A stretch of 64,000 nucleotides of DNA from Oceanispirochaeta sp. Lineage in GTDB: Bacteria > Spirochaetota > Spirochaetia > DSM-2461. The stretch lies in assembly GCA_963666275.2 (NCBI GenBank), contig CAXXOA010000002.1, positions 512,001 to 576,000 of the forward strand. Direction: 5' to 3'. Under the pieces are notes generated by a model that saw only the letters and a list, made by a program, of their open reading frames with translations, searched no databases and was not told the origin of the DNA. Both the position numbers and the translations under genes were made by a program. Positions 19,836-27,160 of this stretch are shown here, in pieces. Within the stretch, counting starts at the first letter, position 1; each line of letters starts with the position of its first letter.

Positions 19836-21212
19836 GTTACGGTCCTTTCGGGAAGCGAAGACTTTCCGAATGCTTTCTGAAATATCCTGCACCAGAAGGG
19901 GTTCTGACTTTGTCCACTCTTTGCTGTCCGCGGCTGTGCCGGGCAGCAGAATCCTTTTGAAACCCATCTCTTCAGCGGCTTTCAAGCGCCTTTTCAGCTG
20001 AGGAACCGGCCGGATCTCTCCGGTAAGGCTCATCTCTCCCATGGCTATCAGATCCGCCGGGAGAGCGATTCCTGTTCTGGCAGAGTAGATAGCCAGTGCC
20101 AGGGGCAGCTCCATACCGATTTCGGCAATCTTCATTCCCCCTGCGACATTGATATAGATATCCTGATCGGAAAAACGCAGGTTGGCATGTTTCTCCATAA
20201 TCGCAGCGAGACGGGAAATCCTGCCCGGTTCTATCCTGTCGGAAAATATCCGGGAAACCGCGCCTTTCGCCTCTACAGTGAGGGCCTGAATTTCCACAAG
20301 CAGTACACGGGAGCCTTCAAAGACAGGGGCTACCGCTATTCCCGGAGGAAGAGTTCCTTCCCTGTTTTCAAGGAAGAGACCTTCGGGATTGCTTATCTGC
20401 AGGAGCCCATTGGCTTCCATTCTGAAAATGCCGATTTCATCGACCGAACCGAACCTGTTCTTTGTAGACCGCAGAATTCTCAGATCATTGCCCGAGTGGT
20501 CAAAGTAGAGAACCGTATCGACCATATGTTCAATAACTTTCGGGCCCGCAATGGCTCCTTCCTTGGTGACATGAGCGACAAGAAAAAGGACCGCGCCGCT
20601 CTCTCTGGCCCAGTTGATCAGCTCGAAACAGCCGAATTTCAGCTGGTTGACTGTACCTGGAACAAGACCCTGAGTCGGCGAATGGAGCGTCTGTATAGAA
20701 TCGATAATGACAAGTCCGGGCTTTCTGTCGGAAAGGACTTTCAGGATCTCCTCTACTCTGGATTCACAGAAGATAACCAGATTTTCGTTATTCACACCCA
20801 GACGATCCGCCCGGATTTTCAGCTGTCCCTGGGACTCTTCACCCGATACATAGAGAACTTCTGAATCTTTGCTGGCGGACTCGGCGATCTGAAGCATCAT
20901 GGTGGATTTTCCAATCCCGGGTTCCCCTCCCAGCAGGATCGATGAGCCGGCGACAAGACCGCCTCCCAGCACCTGGTCGGCTTCGTGGATACCGCAGGAT
21001 CTGCGGACATCCGGATCGGGTTTGAGTTCTTTTACAGATACAGGCTTTGAAGGCTGTCTTACCTGTCCGGCAGGTGATACAGATTCTGTCTGTACTTTCT
21101 GTTCCCTGAAGGTATTCCACTCCCCGCAGCCGGGACAGTGACCAAGCCACTTAGGCTCTTCATGACCGCAGGATGTGCAGAAAAATACAGTTTTGTTTTT
21201 GGATTTAGCCAT
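19821..21212 (-). CDS. radA: DNA repair protein RadA/Sms
   Basis: Zn finger C..CG...KWLGHCPGC, Walker A GEPGIGKST, KNRFG motif and Lon-like C-domain. Confidence 0.97.
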   Translation of the reverse strand: MAKSKNKTVFFCTSCGHEEPKWLGHCPGCGEWNTFREQKVQTESVSPAGQVRQPSKPVSVKELKPDPDVRRSCGIHEADQVLGGGLVAGSSILLGGEPGIGKSTMMLQIAESASKDSEVLYVSGEESQGQLKIRADRLGVNNENLVIFCESRVEEILKVLSDRKPGLVIIDSIQTLHSPTQGLVPGTVNQLKFGCFELINWARESGAVLFLVAHVTKEGAIAGPKVIEHMVDTVLYFDHSGNDLRILRSTKNRFGSVDEIGIFRMEANGLLQISNPEGLFLENREGTLPPGIAVAPVFEGSRVLLVEIQALTVEAKGAVSRIFSDRIEPGRISRLAAIMEKHANLRFSDQDIYINVAGGMKIAEIGMELPLALAIYSARTGIALPADLIAMGEMSLTGEIRPVPQLKRRLKAAEEMGFKRILLPGTAADSKEWTKSEPLLVQDISESIRKVFASRKDRNSAAQ

Positions 21213-21220
21213 GGAGCTGA

Positions 21221-22219
21221 CTACTGAAAATCAATCAGTTCAATATCAAAGATCAGCCAGGAATCGGGAGGGATGGGGCCGTATCCTCTCTCTCCATAGG
21301 CCAGTTCGGGGGGGAGGACTACAGTCCTCTGTTCTCCCGGCTGCATACTCAGTGCGGTTTCAACCCAGCCGGGGATAACGCCGTCTTCGCCCAGAGTAAA
21401 CGAGAAGGGTTCTCCCCGCATATAGGAGTTGTCGAACTCCTGGCCTGTGACAAGTTTCCCTGAATAGTGCATCTGAACAGTATTCCCGGGACGGGGCTTG
21501 GCTCCCGAACCTTTTCTGAAGACTTTGTAATAGATTCCTGTTTCACTCACCTGAAGGTCTTCTCCCAGCTGGTCCAGAATGGCCGCAACACGGGGATTCT
21601 CTTCGGCGAAGAGCTGACGGTTTTTCTCTCTGGCCGCAGAGATCAGAGAGGCCACCGCCTCTTCATCGGGTCTGAAACTCTGGGCATCTGATCCGATTCG
21701 CATGATTTCGATAGAAAGATCATCATCCTGTTTTATCTTGGGAAGGATCTCTGCTCCCCTGATAAGCTTACCGAACACTGTGTATTTTGAATCAAGAAAA
21801 CTGTCTCCCTGAATCAGGATAAGAAATCGGCTTCCACTATCTTCGTTTTTCCGGGATTCCATCATCAGGGCGCCCGGTTCGGAGGAGCTGAAACTGCCGG
21901 TCTGCTCCCGGGGAAAGGTGTATTCCTCACCTCCCTGTCCGGATACAGGGGATGCCCCTGAAAACAGGGCATACCCTTTGACAACCCGGGAGAATGAGAG
22001 ATTATCATTCAAGGCGGATTCCGCATTCCCTTCTGCCTGAGCAACAAAGTTTGATACCGTCAGAGGAAGGTTCCGGTAATCCAGCTGATAGATCAGATCT
22101 CCCCGGGGGGTGGACAGGCGGGCATATATCCCCTCTGTCAGATCAGAGCTTTCTTCCCCTGTCAGAAAAAACGGGCTGATCAGCAAGGCAATAAGGATAG
22201 GCAGGATTCGTTTCTTCAT
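21221..22219 (-). CDS. Secreted cyclophilin-FKBP two-domain PPIase (divergent cyclophilin domain)
   Basis: Signal peptide MKKRILPILIALL; FKBP motifs (MHYSG, FDNS, VIPGW, PPELAYG, IPPDSWLIFDIEL); degenerate cyclophilin motifs. Confidence 0.88.
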   Translation of the reverse strand: MKKRILPILIALLISPFFLTGEESSDLTEGIYARLSTPRGDLIYQLDYRNLPLTVSNFVAQAEGNAESALNDNLSFSRVVKGYALFSGASPVSGQGGEEYTFPREQTGSFSSSEPGALMMESRKNEDSGSRFLILIQGDSFLDSKYTVFGKLIRGAEILPKIKQDDDLSIEIMRIGSDAQSFRPDEEAVASLISAAREKNRQLFAEENPRVAAILDQLGEDLQVSETGIYYKVFRKGSGAKPRPGNTVQMHYSGKLVTGQEFDNSYMRGEPFSFTLGEDGVIPGWVETALSMQPGEQRTVVLPPELAYGERGYGPIPPDSWLIFDIELIDFQ

Positions 22220-22247
22220 AATAATCTCCTTTTTCTGCAGGCTATAT

Positions 22248-23279
22248 TTAGAAATCCAGAAGTTCCACTTCAAAAACAAGCCAGGCATTGGGAGGAATGA
22301 CTCCACCGGCTCCGCGGCTTCCGTATGCCAGTTCGGGAGGAAGGATAATGGTCCGTTTTTCCCCTTTTTTCATATCCAGGAGGGTTTCATCCCAGCCCCG
22401 GATAACCTGTCCCACACCAGCCTGCAGTTCAAAGGGAGTTCCTCTCTGAACAGAGCTGTCAAATACTTTCCCGTCCAGGAACATTCCTGTGTAATGCGCG
22501 GTCACAGTCGTTCCGGCGGCAGGTTTATCTCCGCTGCCCTCTTTTTCAATAATGTAGCGGATTCCCGATTCGGAAACTTCTGCACCGGGCCATTTGGCAT
22601 TGATCTCTTCCAGAACAGCCTTATTGGCTTCTTCCATCTTTTTCCGTTCCAGCTCGGCAATGTCTTTCTGATATTTATCAAAAGCCGCCTGATCATTCTG
22701 GAAGGCTTCCGCTTCGGATCCTACACGGATGATCTCCAGCTTCTCGATAAGGTCGTTCTGTTTGATCGCATCCACAACATTCTGACCTTCTACAACATGA
22801 CCGAAAATGGTGTGTTTTCCCTGGAGCCAGGGGGTTTCCACATGGGTTATGAAAAACTGGCTGCCGTTGGTCCCGGGACCGGCGTTGGCCATGGCCAGGA
22901 TTCCGGGGCCGTCAAACTGGAGGGAACTGTCGATCTCGTCTCCGAAATTGTAGCCGGGACCGCCTGTTCCGTTGCCCAGAGGATCTCCTCCCTGGATCAT
23001 GAAATTGTCGATCACCCTGTGGAATTTCAGACCGTCATAGTAGGGGCCGTCTTTCATGGATGTTTCCATTTTGCCTTCCGCCAGGCCTGTGAAGTTGATA
23101 ACAGTCAGAGGGGTCTTTTTGTATTCCAGTTCGACAAGAATGTCGCCTCTGTTTGTATTGAAAAGGGCGTAAAGTCCGTCCCCCAGTTTGGATCTGTCTA
23201 TGGCATTTGAACTCATAATAACTGATACGAGCAGCATTCCTGTTAAGAAGAATCTTTTCCGGTTGAATAGCCGACTCAT
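22248..23279 (-). CDS. Secreted cyclophilin-FKBP two-domain peptidylprolyl isomerase
   Basis: [32 protein letters not shown] and [10 protein letters not shown], plus FKBP (HYTG, FDSS, VIRGWDE). Start ATG 23279 with AGGAGG RBS. Confidence 0.94.
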   Translation of the reverse strand: MSRLFNRKRFFLTGMLLVSVIMSSNAIDRSKLGDGLYALFNTNRGDILVELEYKKTPLTVINFTGLAEGKMETSMKDGPYYDGLKFHRVIDNFMIQGGDPLGNGTGGPGYNFGDEIDSSLQFDGPGILAMANAGPGTNGSQFFITHVETPWLQGKHTIFGHVVEGQNVVDAIKQNDLIEKLEIIRVGSEAEAFQNDQAAFDKYQKDIAELERKKMEEANKAVLEEINAKWPGAEVSESGIRYIIEKEGSGDKPAAGTTVTAHYTGMFLDGKVFDSSVQRGTPFELQAGVGQVIRGWDETLLDMKKGEKRTIILPPELAYGSRGAGGVIPPNAWLVFEVELLDF

Positions 23280-23531
23280 ATTTCCTCCTGATAATTGTAT
23301 TGTCTGTAAAGGTAAACAGCCCCGTCCGGATTCTGTTACAGATGGGCAGGATGTTTTCAAAGAGCATAACACTATTGGGAGGCATGAATCAATTCTATTG
23401 AAGAGAGGATTCAATAGGGAATAGGGTTTAATAATTCCCACCCAGATTGTAAATACTCGGGTTTCTGCTGTCGTAACTGATCAAAGCTTTTGATCCATCC
23501 GGGGATAAACAGAAATTGAGGGGATCTCTTT

Positions 23532-25049
23532 CTACTTCAGGGAATAAACTGTAAGATCAGAGAAACGGGTCCCCAATATCGCTGTGGAACCATCAGAAGA
23601 GAGTTCTGCCAAAGACGGTTCGAAGTTCATTTCTCCTGTCAGCGGGATCTTTGCCTTTTGGGTCCAGTTTGAGCTGCTTCCTGTGTAGATATAAGCCAGA
23701 TCTTCTTTATTTGAGCCCACAATAGCGGTAGAACCATCTGAAGAGAGGCTGACCGAGAGGCCGTAGCCCTTTGCCGTCTCTGGGAGTTTTACAGTCTCGG
23801 TACAGTCTGACCATGAGGAGGGGGAGTAAAGATAGGCTCCGCCGTTCCTGGACGCCGTACTGTCGCCTTTTCCGACAAGAGCCGTAGATCCGTCCGCAGA
23901 AAGGCTGACAGAGTAACCGAATCCGTCAAAGGGCGAACCATCAGAGGCCGTGAGTTTTGCTGTTTCTGTACAGTCTGTCCAGAGAGAGGAGGTAAATATA
24001 TAGGCTTTCCCCCGTCCGTCTTCGAGATGTCCCGTTCCGATTAAAGCTGTCTGCCCATCGGCAGACAGGCTGACAGAAAACCCCAAGCCATCATCTGGTG
24101 CCCTATCAAAAGCTGTCAATTCTGCGGTTTCCGTGCAGTCTGACCAGGAGGAGGACTGGAAAATATAAGCCGCTCCTCTATTACTGTTAATAGATAGGGC
24201 CCCGACAAGAGCGGTTTTTCCATCCCCGGAAAGACTGACCGCGCAGCCCAGTTCTGCATCCGTTTCCCGGTCAGTGGTTGTCAGCTTTGCCGCCTGAACC
24301 CAGGTGGCGCCTGATCTTGTAAAAATATAGGCCGCGCCCGCCCTATCGACGTCATAGGTCTCATTGATAGAATCATCACCCATAGCTCCGATCAGAGCTG
24401 TATTTCCGTCTGCCGAAATACTCACTGAACATCCGAATCTATCCTTTGTAAACCCATCAGAGGGTAGCAGTTTTGCATTCTGTTCCCAGCCCGTGGAGGT
24501 TTTCGTATAGATATACGCTGCCCCGGCGTAAGAGCCGTTTCCACTGTCTCTGCTGTCTCCGATTAAAGCCGTTGTGCCGTCAGCAGAGAGACTGATTGAA
24601 TCACCGGAAACTGAAAGGTCCTCTCTGTAATGGATGGAAACAGATACCGAATCAGAATCGGTTGTTTTGCCGTCATTCACACTGAGAGTAAATGTGTAAT
24701 CTCCTTCCGCCAGATCTGGAGTGATTGTAAAGCTGGCAGCCCTAGTGTTGCTGTCGGTCAGATCTACTGATGTGGGATTTGCGGCAGAAGGTTCCCAGGT
24801 ATATGTTGCCGAAGTATCTTCATCACTGATGGAACCGGAAAGAGTTATTGTCTGCCCCAGAGCTGTCCCGATCTGATTTTCACCGGCAGAACAGGTTAGG
24901 GTCGTTTCTTCATCTGATTTTTCCAGATCCGAGAGAAGCTCTCCCATGGGGCTTCCGCATCCGGCTGATAGGATCAGGATGATGCCGGAGAAAAAAGTTA
25001 AAGCCGCGAATTTACTTAAAGTCCATGATGAGTATCTATATGAGTTCAT
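23532..25049 (-). CDS. Lipoprotein with Ig/PKD-like domain and seven FG-GAP-type beta-propeller repeats
   Basis: Lipobox LSAG-C; GDYTFTLSVNDG Ig-like segment; seven repeats of the form FGxSVSLSxDGxTALxG. Confidence 0.85.
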   Translation of the reverse strand: MNSYRYSSWTLSKFAALTFFSGIILILSAGCGSPMGELLSDLEKSDEETTLTCSAGENQIGTALGQTITLSGSISDEDTSATYTWEPSAANPTSVDLTDSNTRAASFTITPDLAEGDYTFTLSVNDGKTTDSDSVSVSIHYREDLSVSGDSISLSADGTTALIGDSRDSGNGSYAGAAYIYTKTSTGWEQNAKLLPSDGFTKDRFGCSVSISADGNTALIGAMGDDSINETYDVDRAGAAYIFTRSGATWVQAAKLTTTDRETDAELGCAVSLSGDGKTALVGALSINSNRGAAYIFQSSSWSDCTETAELTAFDRAPDDGLGFSVSLSADGQTALIGTGHLEDGRGKAYIFTSSLWTDCTETAKLTASDGSPFDGFGYSVSLSADGSTALVGKGDSTASRNGGAYLYSPSSWSDCTETVKLPETAKGYGLSVSLSSDGSTAIVGSNKEDLAYIYTGSSSNWTQKAKIPLTGEMNFEPSLAELSSDGSTAILGTRFSDLTVYSLK

Positions 25050-25053
25050 TGTA

Positions 25054-25626
25054 TCAATCCTTTGTCTGGTTATTCAGAGAGACCAGTTGGTATTTCACAC
25101 CGAGAGAGAGGGTCGGGCACTGATAGCTGTCATCCGATTCAAAGAGAAAAATGTAACCGGGAGTGCAGGATAGACTGAACTTCCCGCTTAATTGAAAGTC
25201 CAGGGAGCAGCCGGCACTCAATACGCCCTGAAGGCCTTCGCTCCGGCCGGATTCGGAGTTATTAATCCAAAGGTAGCTGATACCCCCTCCCAGGAAGGGA
25301 ATAAGGGCAAATCGTTCAGTAACAGGCAAGCGCCACCCCGCTTCTATCAGCGGCATGAACATTGTCATGCTTTTAAGCTGATCTTCTTCCGGAATAAATG
25401 TAAAAAAACCGACTGTAAATCCCAGTCCCAGACCTGTTCCGGCAATTCCGGAGTATTCACATCCTATATTTCCTCCCAGACCCAGGGGAGCGACATCGGC
25501 AAAATCTCCGGTCATAAAGAGACCCGCCGTTTCGGCTGTGATATTTACCTCCTCTGCTGAAAGGGCAGAGAAAAAAATGAGCCATATTAAAGGGGCTGCA
25601 ATAAGAAGCTTGTTCAGGTTTATCAA
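25054..25626 (-). CDS. Small outer-membrane beta-barrel protein
   Basis: Signal peptide (ALSA), alternating amphipathic strands, PFLGGG, LSLGVKYQL; TTG start with GGAGG RBS. Confidence 0.72.
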   Translation of the reverse strand: MINLNKLLIAAPLIWLIFFSALSAEEVNITAETAGLFMTGDFADVAPLGLGGNIGCEYSGIAGTGLGLGFTVGFFTFIPEEDQLKSMTMFMPLIEAGWRLPVTERFALIPFLGGGISYLWINNSESGRSEGLQGVLSAGCSLDFQLSGKFSLSCTPGYIFLFESDDSYQCPTLSLGVKYQLVSLNNQTKD

Positions 25627-25841
25627 AGATCTGGTCCTCCGGATGATGAAATCAATAGTTTATAAATGAACAATACATTATTTTCAAAAGTGTGCATACA
25701 CTTCTTATTGGTGGAGGCTCTAAAATCTTAATATGCCGTTTGTGGATGTTTATTTAAATCTGATCTCGTTCTAACACAAATCAGTCAGCAAGCTATGTTG
25801 AAACCGGGAAAATCAAATGATCCCTCTGATCTCTCTCTTTC

Positions 25842-25870
25842 TTGACAGGAAATCCCCAAGTGGCTAAAAT
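25842..25870 (+). promoter_or_regulatory. sigma70 promoter of the pheST leader
   Basis: TTGACA (25842-25847), 17-nt spacer, TAAAAT (25865-25870). Confidence 0.85.
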
Positions 25871-25880
25871 ATTTCACAAT

Positions 25881-25967
25881 ATGAAAAAGCCCGTATTCTT
25901 TTTTTACTTTTTTAATTTCTTTTTCTTTTTCAGCTTTACCGACAGGAAGAAGCCCGGGCTTGGTTAA
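25881..25967 (+). CDS. Phe-rich attenuator leader peptide (PheM-like), MKKPVFFFYFFNFFFFFSFTDRKKPGLG
   Basis: 28 codons, 11 of them Phe within codons 6-19; lies between the promoter and a terminator directly upstream of pheS. Confidence 0.88.
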   Translation: MKKPVFFFYFFNFFFFFSFTDRKKPGLG

Positions 25968-25980
25968 GGAACGGTAGTTC

Positions 25981-26036
25981 AAGAGAGCCGCAGAGAGTTT
26001 CTTCAGACGAACGAAACTTACTGCGGCTCTTTTTTT
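25981..26036 (+). terminator. Attenuator (intrinsic terminator) upstream of pheS
   Basis: AGAGCCGCAG (25984-25993) pairs with CTGCGGCTCT (26021-26030); inner AGTTTC/GAAACT stem; followed by a T run. Confidence 0.88.
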
Positions 26037-26106
26037 GCCATATAAAAAATCCAAAAGCCGGTTAGCCCTCAACGGAAGGGACCCGGTAAAATATGAGAGG
26101 TCCGGA

Positions 26107-27150
26107 ATGGAACAAAATCTGGAAGATCTTAAGAAGGAGTTTGCCCAGGCCATTGAATCGGTCACTGACCGGTCTGCCCTGGTAAACCTGAAAGCCGATT
26201 ACCTTGGAAAAAAGGGAAAGCTCAATGCTATCCTCAAATCACTGAAGGATGCCTCCCCTGAGGTTAAAAAATCCCTTGGTATGAAGTCCAATCAGCTGAA
26301 GGAAGAGATCCTGGCGGAAGTGGATCAGAAAATGACTCAGCTGGAAACAGCGGAGATCAATGAAAAACTACTGAAAAACTGGCAGGACGTTTCTTTCAGG
26401 AATTCAATCCGTGATCAGGGGCTCAATGCCGCAGGGTTTCACCCGGTCTCTCTCATACAGAGAGAACTGGAGGAAATCTTCCAGTCTATGGGTTTCTCTA
26501 TTCTGGACGGCCCCCATATCGAAAATGAATACTATAACTTTGAAGCTCTTAACATACCGGCGAGTCATCCCGCCAGGGACATGCAGGATACCTTCTGGTT
26601 TACCGATAAAAAACATCTTCTCCGGACCCATACTTCCAACATGCAGATCCGGGGTATGGAGATGCACAAGCCTCCCTTTAAATTCGTAGGGGCCGGTAAG
26701 GTTTTCCGCTGTGAGACCCTGGATGCCAGCCACGAGGCAGCGTTCCATCAGATGGAGGGAATGATGGTGGGAAAGGATATTTCCGTTTCCCATATGATTC
26801 ACTTCCTGAGAACCCTTCTGTCGGAGATCTTCAAAAAAGAGATCAATGTCAGACTCCGTCCCGGATTCTTCCCCTTTGTAGAGCCCGGATTCGAGCTGGA
26901 CTACGAATGTTTGCTCTGCGGCGGTAAAGGCTGCAGCGTCTGTAAACAGGTAGGATGGGTCGAAGCTCTGGGTTGCGGAATGGTCCATCCCAATGTGCTG
27001 GAAGCCGGCGGGATTGATCCCAAAGAGTGGAACGGCTTCGCCTTCGGTATCGGTGTGGACCGTCTGACCATGATGCGCTATCACATTGACGATGTAAGGT
27101 ATCTCCATAGCGGGGATCTGCGGTTTTCAGAACAGTTCAAGGCCTACTAG
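26107..27150 (+). CDS. pheS: Phenylalanine--tRNA ligase alpha subunit (bacterial type)
   Basis: HPARDMQDTF, LLRTHTS, FHQMEG, FPFVEP, GCGMVHPNVL and GFAFGIGVDR motifs. Start ATG 26107 with GAGAGG RBS. Confidence 0.97.
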   Translation: MEQNLEDLKKEFAQAIESVTDRSALVNLKADYLGKKGKLNAILKSLKDASPEVKKSLGMKSNQLKEEILAEVDQKMTQLETAEINEKLLKNWQDVSFRNSIRDQGLNAAGFHPVSLIQRELEEIFQSMGFSILDGPHIENEYYNFEALNIPASHPARDMQDTFWFTDKKHLLRTHTSNMQIRGMEMHKPPFKFVGAGKVFRCETLDASHEAAFHQMEGMMVGKDISVSHMIHFLRTLLSEIFKKEINVRLRPGFFPFVEPGFELDYECLLCGGKGCSVCKQVGWVEALGCGMVHPNVLEAGGIDPKEWNGFAFGIGVDRLTMMRYHIDDVRYLHSGDLRFSEQFKAY

Positions 27151-27160
27151 GAAGGGAAAT

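Noticed and set aside
25863..25879. Rex-like half site TATTTCACAA
   Set aside because: Only one arm matches, and it is explained by the -10/TSS region of the pheST promoter.
25785..26165. 126-aa minus-strand ORF across the pheS leader, and a T-box interpretation of the leader
   Set aside because: The ORF is the reverse complement of the Phe leader and attenuator. No T-box (UGGNACC) or AG/GNUG stem I motifs were seen.
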